Below are positions 12,828 through 27,136 of a stretch of 64,000 bases of DNA, piece by piece (the stretch's first letter is position 1; the number at the start of each line of letters is the position of its first letter). The DNA comes from Lepidodermella squamata. Lineage: Eukaryota; Animalia; Gastrotricha. Where the stretch lies: NCBI GenBank assembly GCA_047495785.1, contig JBLDXI010000045.1, positions 372,001 to 436,000 of the forward strand, given 5' to 3'. The notes under the pieces are model-generated. The model was not told the origin of the DNA. It ran no database searches and saw nothing but the letters and a program-made list of their open reading frames with translations. The position numbers and the translations under genes were made by a program.

Positions 12828-15800
12828 TTATTGATCACCGGGTTCCGCATGGCCGTTGTCCTGATGGCTCGCGAAAGTGACAAATGTCGGCACGGGTGAA
12901 TTCGAGCCCGATAGACTGCTTCGGGCGGAATGTTTATGAACAGGCGATGGTACGTTGATTTGTGGCGATGACGATCGCCCAGGCAACTGCGGCGATGGGG
13001 GAGGCAAAACAAAACGGCGGCGCGGTGAGGGCGACGGTGAGGCGGATGAAACCAAGCGAACCGGGTGCTGCTTCGCCTCTTGAGCCAAGTTCGCCAGGAC
13101 AACCGCGCCCGCTGAGGAAGAAAACGTCGACGGCGGAACGCTTTGACGGTCTGATGGTTTTCGAGGGTGGGAGCCAGGTGGTTTCTGATCACCGGCTTGT
13201 TCGCTAGGCAGCGATGAGCGATGTCTGTTACCGATAGCGGCGGCCACCACGTCGGTTGCTGTTGAGAATGAACGGGTGACTGGTCCGGCTAGCGGGTTGC
13301 CAAGATTGATCGCACTCAAACGAGGCAAATGAGACGCTGAAAAAGGAAAATAGCATTAATTGATAATTCGTGAATAAGTGGAAAAATTAGAGCGTCTTAA
13401 ATATTGTTAAATATAGACGGGGCTGAAGTTGGGCTATAGTGAAAGCATTACCAAAATATTTAAATCTAAACCTAAAGAACTGAGTTCAGTACCAAATCAT
13501 TTAATTCATTACCAAATTAGTGAATTCTTTACTTCACCTAAAACTATTGAATTTAATACTCATCCTAATTAATTCAATAAAAAATTTCTCGTCCTGTCTG
13601 CTCAAGGTGGAGAATTTCAGCACGGTTTTCAATTTATTCGTCAAAAGTCTTTCAACTGCCGATAATCCTAATCTTCGCTTTATTTTCGAATTCAGCTGCT
13701 CTTTCATCTTCCCCTTCTCCCTTTTCAGCAGCCACTTGATACGTATCGCCGGATTTCCGCTTACAGGTACCCAATAGTTTGAAACGATAAGCTCGATTCG
13801 CCTCGAACGCGGCTACCAACGCAGTGCAACCACCTACCGCCGATGAGGCTCGGCGATCACACTCAAATATTTTTTATACTCTAATCAAAGCAACTCAGTC
13901 TAAGCATGCCATCTCAAAAGCATTCGCTTCAACTTTTATCTCGTTCTCTTGCTAATTTAAAAGGCATTTTTTATATTTTCTTGTACAATTAGCTCGCCTC
14001 AATGCTCTCCGTTAGCGTCGACGACCTGTGCTGGAACCTTGAACACGGCCTGGGCCTGGACTTCGAAGATTTCGAAGTCATTGTTTCGATATTTTTCTAA
14101 ATCGCAATGACAGCTCGGTGGAATTCAAATACCTCTGCAGGCTGCCGCGTGAATCTTCCGCTTTAACTAGTTCAAATGGGGATTTAATTCTGCGCGACAC
14201 AACCCTGCGAGTTTTTATACTCGAAATAGCGACCAGCTTCAAATGGCCTTCTTTAAACAGCTGGTATTCCCCTGCAGTATACTTGCCGATGGGTCATCTT
14301 ATCACAACTGCGACTCGGGTTAAACAAGCTTGAGGAGGAATTAAACGCCCAAAATCCGAATTGGCGGTAAATCGAAGGTTTATGCTTTGAAAACATGCGA
14401 ATTTCAAGGATTATTTTACATCATTTATTCAAGGCCAAGCAAACAGGACCAACATGGTTGTTTATGCCCCTGATCTTACCGCTGCTGTTGTAAGTGAATC
14501 CAGATTTTCATGACTTGATCCAACACTTATTCTTACCGGACAGAACAAACGTGGGCGAAAGAAAAACGCTTCCCTTACTAGACTTTGATTCCTACTGAAG
14601 GCAGCGCGGAATCCAAATCTCTGAGCTCGTTCGAATCGTGTCATGCTATTGGAAATGCTTTTTCCGAAAGATGTTTCCTTGCCATCACAGTAGAGTATGG
14701 ATGACATATGCCCAGGTGAACTCTGCCAGAACTTGTTCAGGCTGAATGGATGCATGGCTAAAGTGGAATTAGGTGAATGCTCAAGTATGAATTGTCCGAG
14801 AAAAGCTGCCTATGAAATCCAACTCTACAATCCTTTCTTGTGGCTCGAACATCGTGTGTTTTGGCGCATATTAATATTTTGTTTTACTTCGTTAATACTT
14901 CGTTTGAATTCAGATTCAAGAGTAAAGTCGACCGCAGCCGTGCACTGGCCCTAAGGATGCCGAGGAATTGTGAAAATCGTAGATGCGGGCTACCTGTCGT
15001 AAACGGTCCGTGTACACAGGCTGCCGGTGAAGCGATGCCGTGGCTTAGCTTTCTCGCTTTTCCAATTATGCCGGTGCTTCTGGTGGTGTTGTGTGCAGTG
15101 CATGATTTGGACGAAGCAATAGCCACCCGAGAAAAAGGAGACTGGAAGAAATTTACCCCGAAAACCGTTTGGGAGAACAACTTCGACCACCCTGTCTGGG
15201 CTCCTCTGCTGGATCTCTCATGCTGCACTCAGTAAATTCCTCTTTACATACTTATGTTACAACCCAATAATGATTTGTGCGCAAAAATCGACGTAATGCG
15301 ATTCGACCTGGAGCATTGACCATAATGCGTATGGTGGAATTTGATAAGGCAAAACAAGTCGGATCGGACACTTACCATATTCACGTGCGAGGTATTGATT
15401 TTAAAGCTAGGTTTTATGGGTTTAAGATTTTTGCCTTATTGGATCAAAAATGCGCCACCTGCAATGATGGCTTTGCACTTCAAGCCTTCAAGCTGTTAAC
15501 ACATTACGTTTATGAAATCCGGCCGTTGCCAATTGATAGGGAAGAAGAGCACGTTCTCCTGCGAAATGTGAGAATTTGTTTCTTCAAGTATGCTCGGTAG
15601 CATATGTAGCGACGTATTTGCTTCCAAACATTCTGGCAAGAGTTTTTGCTGCAACAGCTTTCGGCAGCAAGTTCAGACGGTTTTTTCTGCTAGCTGCTCG
15701 GACCCGTTGGAGATGAAGTGGTTCAATAAAGTTTTGGTTTTTTCTATTTTAAAGTTTGGGAAGGGGTGAGATAAAGTCCCACTCCAAGACGGCCGGGAGG

Positions 15801-18800
15801 GGAATTCCTAGGGGTATTTAATGTCCTCTACCAAGCGGAGCTTGAAGGAACAGCGCCTAGCTGCCAAAGCAAACAAATAAATCCATAATTCCACGAGTCC
15901 CATATTGCTGGAATGCATTGCTGGAGCCCTAAATGCCAAGAGCACACCCTTAAAGCCACTTTAGTAAGGCCAGCGCTTTCAGGCATCGGTTAAATAAATG
16001 TGCGATTTCTGAGAAACAGAACGAATCTGCGTCTCCATGTATTTAGAGTAGCGCTTTCTAGTACCTATCTCAAATTCTTCAATTATTGGAGACAAGCTTG
16101 GCTTCCACATTGCCCAGGCAAATTGGAATAGTATACTCTAATTCAGGGGTAAGGATATAATAAGCATAAAAAATGAGTACCAACCTGCAGCTGAAAGATG
16201 AGCAGATGCGACACTAGCCGAGGGTGGTGGCTTGAAAACAGCTGCATCGATTTGCATCGCCTGCAACACGTAGAGAGTCGAGTCGACAAGCCTCAAATTC
16301 GCGTCATCCCACCCATCGACACCGTCAATGAGCCCCAACTCCATGTCATCATGCGTACTTTCCGACACCAAAATCACCTTAGTCGTCGGCTCGGCTAAAT
16401 GACGTAGGGTCGGCGACTGCGAGCAAATGCACCGCCAAGCGAAGTTGGCAGTCCGAGAACACACTGCGACTACGCCACTGCATAGGACAGTCAATCTCCT
16501 CGCGTTATTTTGACCACGCGGCGAAGATGGAGCCAGAGCATCCATGAAAGCCTCAACCGCGTCACTGACCTCGCCTAATCCGAAAACCAACGCATCCAGA
16601 TCAGGCCCAGGTAACTGGTTCAAGGAGCTTGGCAAAACAACGACGAGAGGGCAGTCTGGAGCCTGGGCAGCGGCGGAGGCTGCGAGAATTAATGTCCCGA
16701 TGTGGGCGTCTTTCGCTGTGTTAGAGCTCGCTTGATTTTGCATGGCTTCGATCGCTGAACTCAGCCTTAAACATGCCTGCCGGCAAACACGCGGTAGAAG
16801 GAGTAACAGCGATGCTATTGTCGAGAAGCTGGCATCTTGCAGGTTCGAATGCGCCTCGCTATCAGCCGCCATTTGCTGTTCAGTCTCCAGTAGATCGGCC
16901 TGGCGCAGGAACGCGGCTATTGCGTCTGATTCTACGGAGATTGATAGAACCGGGGCTTGAGACTGGTGTTTCCGCCTTAATAATAGTAACTGCTCGACAG
17001 CTGCGACTTGGCGGGTTGCGTCGTCGCCCAGCGCCATTGGGTCGTTGGTTGCGTTTGTTGCTAAACAGCTTGCTCGATCGCTGCCGACCAGGCTCGACGC
17101 GCTTGATTGCTGGCTATTTGCACTTCCGGACAAACTTCGAGTTTGATCATTTTCATCCGAATGCTGAAAAGAATACATGAAAGATTAATCGATGCATCAA
17201 GAGTGTTAGCCCTCAGAGTGTTAGGATGCGAAGAATTTGGTTTAATTCATCAATTTCCCAATCTAAACTCTAGGAATGTTACCACAGCTGGTTGTTTCTT
17301 CCTTTAATTTGGCTACAATGCTCCCCGGAAACTCTGCTCGACTTCATTGAACTATACTCACTCCTGCTAGGTTGTCGAAGTCGCCGGAAGAAGGCTATTT
17401 TCCTAGTCTTGTACGCTACCCTGCACGCTATTTCATATTTTTCTGAATGCCTAAGACTTAAATGACAAAAACACAATGCTCGAATTTTCAATACTGGTAT
17501 CGCTCCAAAAAATGTTTCAACCTGTTGCCAAAAAACTCTTTTTAATAAACAGTCCTGGAGTCCTTGGTTGCCTATAGAGCCCCTGTAATTCGCTGCCTTG
17601 GGTCCTCCTCTATAAGGAGACTGTTGGAAATGCAAGCCCACTGCATTCGAGCCTTGATCGATCTGCCCTTCGAACAGAAATGATAGACCATTGACTCCAT
17701 TGGCGATAGCAATTTTTGCTTGCTCATTCCTTCAGGAAATATTTGGTGTATCGCGTATAAAAGCAGGAATTTACAGTAAAAACTTGCAGGTCGGCGATTA
17801 CTGTCTACTACCCATCGCTAGGCCAGATCGATCGAACTCTAGCGCACGGAACCTTTTTGTTAAGGTAGTCGAGGTGGAGAGCAAGTAGGTTCGACTCGGC
17901 TACCCTCAAGGCCGCCTCGAAACGAAGTTCAGAATGGAACAGGTTCAACTGCTGCAAGGCGCCGCGGTTCGTTTCGAGGTTCCCGACAATCATTTACGAG
18001 AGTCCAGGATCAATGCACCCCAGCATGTACAATGGTGGTAGGAGACCTAAACCGCCATTTCTACAACTCGTTCAAGCAACTAAACGTTTCGGTCTGAAGC
18101 AATTAGTTAAAGAACCCACTCGCGCCAGCGGTGGTATTCTTGATCAAGTATTCACAGATCGACAAATCGAAGTCGAGAAACCGAAGGTTAGCGACTACAA
18201 TCCGGTCTCCATTACCTTGAATCTGGATATACAGGTCAGATCAATGCCGCCGAGAAAAGTGTGGATATACGAAAAGGCCAACTGGAGTCAGCTAAATCGA
18301 CTGCCTTATGCTTTTTCGCACGTTAATCTTCCTGACGTGATCGAACCAGAATCCCAAATTCAGGCCAAGCACCTAGTACACCCAAATCCTATACCTGATA
18401 TTTCGGAGTTAATGGCTTATAGCTTTCATTTTTAGGGTTAATCTTGAACCCATTATTGAAATAAATTTATCGCATACCAAGTTATGATGATCTTGCGAAG
18501 CCGATTCAATAGGCCGCTCGCTTTCGTCGTTTTCAGGCGATCCGTCCCCGCCACCATCACTTTCGCTTTCAGTATCCACATCCTCTTCATCACTCAACGA
18601 ATCATCGTCATCGCCTTGATACGGATGGTCATCATCTCCAATCGAAGAAATCGACTCGCGCTCCATTATCACCTCAGGCCCGACTAATTGAGGCGTCGCT
18701 GATGGGGAAGATGGCGATAGGGTAGATGAGAGCGACTGCCTTAAAACATCCCCATTCGACCCAGTCGTCGAACTACCGTGATGGTTCGAATCAGCATTAT

Positions 18801-21800
18801 CGCTATCTAACGCCAGACTCGACGTAACAAGACTATGCTCGTCTGTCAACGTGACACTGGTCGACATTCGCATGCGAGACGTGATACCCGACTCGTAATC
18901 GCTCAGTTCATTCGTGCTCAACTGCTGGAGGGAAGTACTGGAGGTGACGACCACACCAACCGGAGCACCAACACTTGAATCGCCATCAATATCCTCATCG
19001 TACAAGAAATCGAACGTTTTCAGCGCAGTAAATTGCTGCTCGCTCATACTGGTCTCATCGATCGAACCAGTCCGGCCGACAGATTGCGAATCACTGGTTT
19101 GGCCACCTCCCGGTCCGACCTGGACAGTCGATAACGAGGCGTGTTTTCCGGCGGAAGCTGTTGTGTTCGCCGCATCAGCCGCGTTATTGCCTAGCAAGAT
19201 CGACGGCGCTCGAGGCAGGTAGCGTTGCTGCTCGCCGAACGCGCGAACAATTTGCCACAAATGCTGCCGGACCGACAGCTGTTTCTGAGGCGCAGTCATC
19301 GCGCTTTGATTGGCGAGTCGTCGAATCGTGGCCTGTTGATCATTGCCATTCGTTGCCATTACAATCAGCTGCTCGTCCGAAACTTGGCTTGGGTCGAAGT
19401 CGAATTCCAAGGTTCGACCAGGCAAATCCCGTCTCAGCCCGAGAACTGTGTCGAAATCGATCGAAGTATGCGCGAGGGATTGAGATGTAATTGAGACCGG
19501 CATATTCGATGGGGCGTGGAAAACTGCGGATTTCGAGACGAAAAGCCGCAGCAAACGTTGAGCATCCCGACTGAGGGGCCCAGTTGAGAATTGCCGGACT
19601 ATCAACCGACAAAGCGATAAGCCGGCATCGAAAAGTCGAGAATCAGACGTCTGCAGCTCAGCGAATGAAACCAGATGATACGCAGCCTCGATACCAGCCC
19701 TTTGAACCCAGGATAACGGACTTTCGAGGAGTCGTGTGAAAAGGATCAATAAATACGCAGTCGACTCTGGGCAAACGTCCATCAAATATTTGACGACACA
19801 GCGACACCATTGGCTCATATCTTTCGTGTAAGATTGGCGGCTGTATAGGGTTAGCACTACACCGAGATTGTCCCAACCGTGGACTGATAGCCCGGCTAGG
19901 GTATCGGCCGCCTCACGGCAGGCGGCAGTTGGGTTTGAGTAGTGGTGCAGCCAGTAGGGAAGAAGACTGGCGGTATATAGGACTAGACCGCCGATTTCAC
20001 CAGCACCGGGTATTTCGGCGGAAAACGACGGCCACATCGCGCATGAAGCTAGTCGACATAACAGGGCGAAACCCATTGAAGATGCAACAGCGCTGGAACA
20101 AGCCGCCCGATGAATGATTCCCAACAACCCACCACTTTGAGCCGGCCACCTTAATTGAGTTGCGACTGTTTGAATTTGCTCACCCGAGTTCAAAACAGTC
20201 GGAATTAGGATTTCAAGTAACCTCAGCGCGGCTACTAATTCGATTTCAATATCAGACTCGAGCATGCTCGATGCGATCCAAACCAGCCGAGCAGCCACGT
20301 CGTTATCGATATTTTGCGAATCTGCGCCTAATTCGAGGCATGCGGCTAGTTCAATCGCGTATTGTTGCACGTCATCGGCTGGATCCGCGGCTACCTCGGC
20401 GAGGCGACCGGCCACGTCGACTAGAACCCGACCAGTTAACGGGGTCGCAAGAGCTCGGTAAATTCTCAACGCTCGACACGCGACTTGCCTACAGCAGAAT
20501 AATGACCCGACTGGTGGCGGGTTGGTCCCGAGATGCAGGGCAGTTTGAGCCCATCGATCCGCAACACTTCGATCCGGGAACAACCGACCGAATAGAGATG
20601 CGCATAACGTAACGAATTGGCGCAAATTTTCGAACGCGACAATAGATGGCGGTAATGCGTTGAATTGATTAGACGCGACGTTCATCCTAGTCAGGGTTTG
20701 AACGGCAGGGGATGGCATGTCCCGCGGCCATAACGGTTGACCAGATCGTTTACTCAACATCAATAAAATTCGCTCAGCGGCGAATTCCGGTGTTAAGGTG
20801 GGTGTTGAGCAGCGACTCGCCCCGCTTAGAACACTTGCGTCGACCACTGAAACGAGCGGAGTATTTGAAGGCATGCAAAATGCGGCGGCTGGTTCGAAAC
20901 ACCCGACCCCGGTTGTGCTGTTTTGACCCGGTGACATGGTCATCGATCGAGCTGTATCTAGTGTATTCGTATTTTGCGGCTGGGGTCGAGTTATGCGACT
21001 TTCGGCCGGTAACTTCGCAATAGCAGCTAGCATCAAATCCGCGACTTTTTCGTGAGGAGGACTTGATTGCCGGGCTGCGGTGAAAATCAGCCCGAGAAGT
21101 AGTCGCTTCGAGTTTTCTCTCAGCAATGCGATAGGATCGTCGACAGTCAATGTAACCAAATTCAATAAATACGGCAAATGAGCCGTCCAATCTCCGATCA
21201 GCAAACCATCAGTAGCCAGATCAGGCAGTAGCAGCATTGCTAGAGCTGATCTGGATACTATCGATGGAGAAAGAGGCGGCTCCTCGGGCAAATGACGGTG
21301 CAACGGGGCGTGAAATCCGCCGAAAGCCGGCATAGGAAGAGGCTGGGGTTCGGCTTTTACGGTCCCGGCGGTCGCACAGGTAGTGGCTGATTTTGTTAGC
21401 CAATCATCAGAAGGAGATGAATCTAAAAAAATAAAACGTATTGAAACATCGATTTTTTTATTCAAATCACTTATTAAATACTTTTAAATTGTCAAAATAA
21501 ATATGGAAAATTCTCAACGTTTCAAAACTCTCGAAAAACATGTTGTCAAAATTTATCCCTTGTTAAGTCACCACATATTCAAATGATTTCAAACTAGGGA
21601 AGCATCCATCGAATAAAATTTGAAATTCCAGCGTACCTGTAGCTAATGCGCTCAGGGGCGGTCGAGATGATGGTGTTGCGACTGGTCTAACCGTCTGCTC
21701 GCCATCCGCAACCGTCGAAGCCAGAACATCGGGCAGAATATTCGGAACAGCAACATTCGCAACTTGCTGCACAGTGGGTCGACGGGTTTCTAACAAACGG

Positions 21801-24800
21801 AAATATGGCAAAGTAGCAGTTCGTTCAGGTTGATTTTCCATCGGCTGGTGACATTGCAGATGGACTGAGAGGCAGTCGACAACAGCTTGAGGCCGGCCGA
21901 AAGATATCAAGCGAACGATGGTTCGAATTGTCGGAAGTAGAGGTGCGCCAGACATTGCTGACATAACCATCAGGTAGCGAACAATTGTAGCCACATTACC
22001 AGGCCACGCTTCAGCCAAAGAATTCCAAAGTTGAGATAACTCATCGGGAATCTGGTGAAAAATATCAAAAATTATGAAACACGCATGATCTTAAATGAAA
22101 TATCAAGTCACAAATTTCCAATGTAGTTATAATAAACTTCGAATTTTTAAGGAATTTTTAAGGAGGAATATATCATTTCGGCAGCGTGTGAGAATTGTTT
22201 GGGTAAAAGAAACTTAGATACCTAACCCAAAAATGCCGAATCAATAATTCGAATTTTATGACTATAGAAAATTATTGATTACACTCACCAAATCGTAAAA
22301 CTTCAGCGTAACATACAGGAGATTTGTCAGGATCATTTCACTGGCTTCAGATGAGCCCCAGCCTGCAGATGAGCTACCCTTAAGATTCCCGTTGGTACTC
22401 GACGCCAGATTCCCCTCGTCATCTTCCTCATCAGGTCCAACAAGTGACAGCTCCCGGCCATGGTTTCCCATTCCGCCTGAATGAGACGCGCTCGAGCCAG
22501 CTGTGACAGTTACGGCGCTGATAGCCGAAGCTGAAATAGCGTTGGAGCCCGAATTCGCGTTCGCATCGCCGAAAAGTTCGCCATCAGGTTCATCTAATGA
22601 AGACCCACTGAAAGCCATTTCAAGACCACGATGCACCAGCCGGATATTTCGAAGCCACGGCTGAAGAACTTGGCACAAAATCTTCTTCTGCGCGGTTCTA
22701 GCCGATAGAATTCGATGGGTGATCTCAGAGAAAACTGACATGGTAAGCCTTGGACATAACATCGCGAGACGTTCAGTTACAACACTACGAGACTGGGACA
22801 TGGGCGAGTTCAACACTAAATCCAACCACAAACTACTTTCGCCACCAGTATGGGGGAAAGTAGGCGTCGCAGATGTGCTGTTTGATGACAAACTTGAGGG
22901 TGAAGCTGACATTGGAACGATTCGACCTTGCAATCGATCGAGAAGTTTAGCCGCCCGGAGATGGACGGATGCGCGGGATGAGGAGAGATTAGCCAGGGCG
23001 AGGCACAGAAACGCGACAGGGTCACTCGCCCCAGGCCAGTCCGGTCTCGCAGCAACGGCCGCGAAACAAGTTTCCGCCAGATCAGGCTGACCTGCGTAGC
23101 AACGATCGAACAGCCAATCCATCATAGCGATTTTATCTTGATTGAAATCAAGCATCAGGAGGATTGCTTCGAACGCGGCTTTCGCGAAACCATTCTCAGA
23201 CGGCGGGCTTCTCAACAATTTTTCTAGCCAAATGTAAAACGGAGCTGTTGTTGTGTAGTCGTCGAGCAGCGACGGCCGCCAGCATGGCCCGCAACTCACG
23301 AGTAGGCACAGGGCGTAAACAGCTGCTGTTCTCAATTCAGATGGGATCAGTTGCGAAGAAATCGACAAATTCTGCGACTCTTTCAAACTCGGGCTCAAAT
23401 CCTCGGCCCAACGACACAGCAGGTCGTAAATCACTGATTTCAGCTTGACAGGTATCAAATCTTCTCGATACGCCTCCACAGTTTGGTCGATGATTGACGT
23501 TATCAATTCGGCGTAACGAAGACGACAAGCCGAGGCAATATCCGGGTCGCTCGAGTCCATTTCATTCGAATTCAATAACGCAGCATAGGATGATAGCAAA
23601 TCCGTTAAGGATGGAGGTAACTGGTGATGATTCAACGCATTCATATCTGACTGGTTTGAAATTGAAATTGAAAGCGGCGATTGGCTGTCGACGTGAGAGA
23701 ATACGCCGGCGCGAGATAGATGCCATAGCGTTGTCAAAACTAATAAACGCGTTGAATCACGTCGTTTTCTACGTTTTGGATTCTCCTGTTTTCTTTCGAG
23801 AGCTTCTCGAGCTATTGGAATGATCTCTTCCAACAAATCTCGAACAGCAACAGGGCAAGCACAGCCTAGCGCGTTCGCGACAGCTAACCGAACTTCGCTA
23901 ACCTCAGATTTCAACAAAGGGACGACAAGCCTGAGAAAAGCTGAGACTGTCACCGAAGTCGGGGTAAGTGACACCGTTCCCATATAAACTGAGGAGGTTG
24001 TGCTCTGTTGGTTATTGCTAGTCGAGCTCGAGCCGTCTTGACTTGAACTAGACGGAACTTCGTTCACAATTTGATAATCGGAAGACGTGACTACCCCAGA
24101 TGGTGGCATTACGCATGCAGCCGCTGTTAGGTAGTATAGCCATAACCTGTTAAGAGAATCGCGGTCTGACGCACTGACCGGTACGGCGGGTCTTCGGCTC
24201 GATGACCGGCTCAAAATCGACGTGGTTTTCTCAGCACTAGCCTGTAAACCTGTATCGATTGCCAAAGCCAGTTGCGCTAGTCGGGTATAGACGCTGTTCC
24301 AAAGAACTGGTCTCAAATCAGGACACATCGAATAGACGAAATTCGGCGAGAGTAAGGTGGATAGAGCGATGAACCACGGATCGTCGGCTAGAATGTTCAG
24401 AGCATCGGCGGCTGAATCTGGATCCACAACTGAGGTTGTCATTGAGCTTGACAAGGCAGAGCTGGGCAAGGTGCTTGCGTTGTTACCGCCTAAACTAGTC
24501 CTCTGCGGGTTACCGGTTTGTTGCGGCGCGGTTTTCTCGGCTAGGGTCGACCAAGTTAATTCAGCCAGATTTTGGCTATTGATGACTTGGAGGGGTAACA
24601 TAGGCGACTGGCGAGATCGTAACGACCCGGACCCGCCGCCTGAAAATGACGTCGATAAATAAGAATTAGCCGCAGCCGCTGCTCGATTCGTCGCGATTCT
24701 CAGCTTTTCGACAACAGTAGGCCACGCCCGGTCCAACGCATCGGCTAAATAAATAACAGGTGGCGATCCTGAGACTGGAGGTCGCAGGGCCATAGCCATA

Positions 24801-27136
24801 CTCCTGACTTCTCGCAGTAACAATATTGCAAAACGCCGATTAAACGGGCTGGACTGGCATAACACCACCAAGCAAAACGCTTCGACGGCTCGAAAAGCTG
24901 GCAAAACGTCGGGCAGTGGCGTTTGAGGGGTGTTTTTGTCGTTCTGAGACGGAGCTGGAGCGGATTTCCAATGCTGCAATAACTGCAGTAAATTTCGCCG
25001 AACAGCTTGGTCCATGAGTTCAGGCGGAACACTACCATCGGGAATTTCACGTTCAATAACTTTAATATACCCTGAAATTATCTCGACTCGCCATTGCGGG
25101 AAGTCGTCGAGTAATAACTGCATAGCTTGTAATGCAAATTGGCTGATTTCCCGATCCATGTGCAATGTCAATCGAGATAACAGATCGATCAGTTCTGAAA
25201 TCGGCATGGTTGGGGGTAAAATTCTTGGAATCGAAGCTAGGCATGTGCAGAACAGAGCAAGTTTCGGCTTTCGATCACCCGCTGACAACAAATTAGCAGC
25301 TTCTTCTTGAGATAAATTCCAATTATCTGGCTTTGAGAGCATAAATGGACGACCGATTTGAGCATCAAGCAAGCGGAGAATCGCTTCGAAAGCGGAAATT
25401 ATTTGGTCATAATAAGGATCCAATCCAAACTTGCGAGCATCCTCCGCTGTGAAGTTCTTCGTCAGCATGTTCTTCTTCGGCCGAATCTGTGGTCCCGAAG
25501 GCAAAGCCGTAGTATACGGCATCGGAGGTTCGGCCTCTTTTTGCTGCCTGCTGTCAGAAATAAGCAGGAACGCACGAATGCCGATGTTCATCCGTTCAGG
25601 TGTGAGAATTTTAATCGGTTTTCCAACACAAAGCAGGTCGAAAACAATTTCCCGCATTGCGAAATCAAGACGCTCGTGAGCTACAAATTGAATGATCCGA
25701 GCGAAAATGCCAACAGCCATATCACGAGGAACTACGACCTTAGCTCCTTTTGGGAACAAACTGTTGACAACGGCTTGCATTCGAGTGAGCGTTACAGCGT
25801 TGCTTTCACATCTTAGTCTAACAGTATACACCCAGGCGAGGCGGTAAATCGATTCTAGGGCATGTCGGGATACGTTTGTATCTCGAGTCTTCAATTGTTG
25901 TAAGCAAAGGGCAAGAAACGGAGGCCAATGCTGAGAAGATAAGACAGTAAAATTGTATGGTCAGATATGTCTGATTCAAATTACCTGAAGAAAAAACGTT
26001 TTCTGACTCACAGCCAATAAACATGTAACAAGTTGATACATTTGCCAGGCATACTTTCGTCTAGCAGCCATGTCAATAGCAACAGGGTAGAGATAACTGA
26101 CGAAATCTCGCAAAACAGGTACGTTTACTTCGTTTTTGACGCTGGCAGCGAATGGTAGCAACATGCTCTTTAGCAATCCAGCAAGGGCGAGTTTAATTTC
26201 CTTTTCCTTGCTTTCGACTAGCATTTCAGCAAGTTCACGGAGAAATTGGCAGCAGGCCTCTAGCTCTTCGATAGGATGTGTTCGAATGCGCACGTACTGC
26301 ATGCCAAGAAGTAGAGCAACGACGGCGTCAGTTGCCATAGGGCTTTGAGAGGGTGCGGAATCATTCGGTCTTATTTCGCGAAGAACGGTGAAAAATTTTC
26401 GTCGGACAAGCTGGAATCGAGATTGGGCAATAACAGCTATCAGTTCAGCGTACAAACTGGCCACGTAAGCCATGTTGTCACGCAACGGCCCGACAATTGA
26501 GCTGGAGTGACACAACAATAGAATGCCGGTTTTTTTCAAGAATTAATAAATACCTATCGATATGCTCGAAGTGTCGAAAAGCCTGCGAGATGACTGTTTG
26601 CAGCAAGTCATCTGTTCCAGGATGGTAAGACAATTGTTTCAAGATTTCGATCATTGCCAAACAATAAATAAAATCGGCAACAAACTGCAAAACCAAATTT
26701 GTGTAAATATATCAACCGTTCGAAAGAAAATTACTTCACGACGTTCGACTTCGGGGGTCTTGGATCGAACGGTTTTGCCTGCCTTGAAAGCAGGCGTGGT
26801 AGCCTGTTGAATAGTGAACCCAACAGCATCCACGTACCAGGCTTGAATTGCTCTGACTAAAGATGGCAATGAGAATTCGGCACATACACCAAGAGCCGTA
26901 ATGATTTGATCAAAATCAGGATCTACGCTCCGGATGAACCTCTCGCTCAAACGCTGATTCTAATAAATCCAAAAAAATTATTTACAACAACAATCAAATA
27001 ATTGAAAAAAACTAACATCTTCTCTTCGCTCAGCAAGCTTTATGTTGGCTCTTTGGATGAAGTTTCCAAGTAGCTCAACAGCGGCTATCTCGCCAAGACG
27101 GATTGGAGATGGCTCCTTTGCGTCTGATGATGCCAT
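12828..27136 (-). CDS. FRY: Protein furry (FRY/FRYL, Tao3/Mor2 family), ~3160 aa; exons 27136-27017, 26959-26735, 26684-26554, 26501-25985, 25930-22289, 22051-21637, 21422-18478, 17163-16185, 13336-12828
   Basis: Conserved MOR2-PAG1 motifs: ALESIYRLAWVY..R..CESN..T..R, ERLDFAMREIVFDLL, PERMNIGIRAFL, QENPKRRKRRD, LPGRTLEFDFD. All joins are GT-AG and keep frame (9483 nt). The last two exons are less certain. Confidence 0.92.
14697..15600 (+). mobile_element. Decayed tyrosine-recombinase (Crypton-like) element fragment in FRY intron 8
   Basis: NAIRPGALTIMRMVEFDKAK...YHIHV and LLTHYVYEIRP match the N..RPGA..NM...EF..A...Y.I.V..HK box of animal tyrosine-recombinase elements. Preceded by Cys-rich fragments; broken frames. 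Confidence 0.55.
17740..17990 (+). mobile_element. Dispersed repeat, copy 2: Ginger/KRBA2-SCAND3-like transposase C-terminal fragment
   Basis: LQVGDYCLLPIARPDRSNSSARNLFVKVVEV..*VRLGYPQGRLETKF resembles the VGD.V..P...DR...PRN...V.....G...G.L tail of these integrases. In-frame stop; in FRY intron 7. Confidence 0.6.
18013..18400 (+). mobile_element. Non-LTR retrotransposon (CR1/L2-like) endonuclease C-terminal fragment
   Basis: LKQLVKEPTR.SGGILDQVFT...SDYNPV...RKVWIYEKANW is a classic APE-like endonuclease end and linker; truncated. Confidence 0.8.

Noticed and set aside
15850-16137. Possible extra FRY exon directly after 16185
   Set aside because: Phase-compatible acceptors give early stops, whereas the acceptor at 13337 continues in frame.
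18484-26348. Numerous 60-150 aa plus-strand ORFs over FRY (and similar ones over NSD, cyclin K, PPP1R21)
   Set aside because: These are antisense or out-of-frame shadows of long GC-richer exons, with no motifs.
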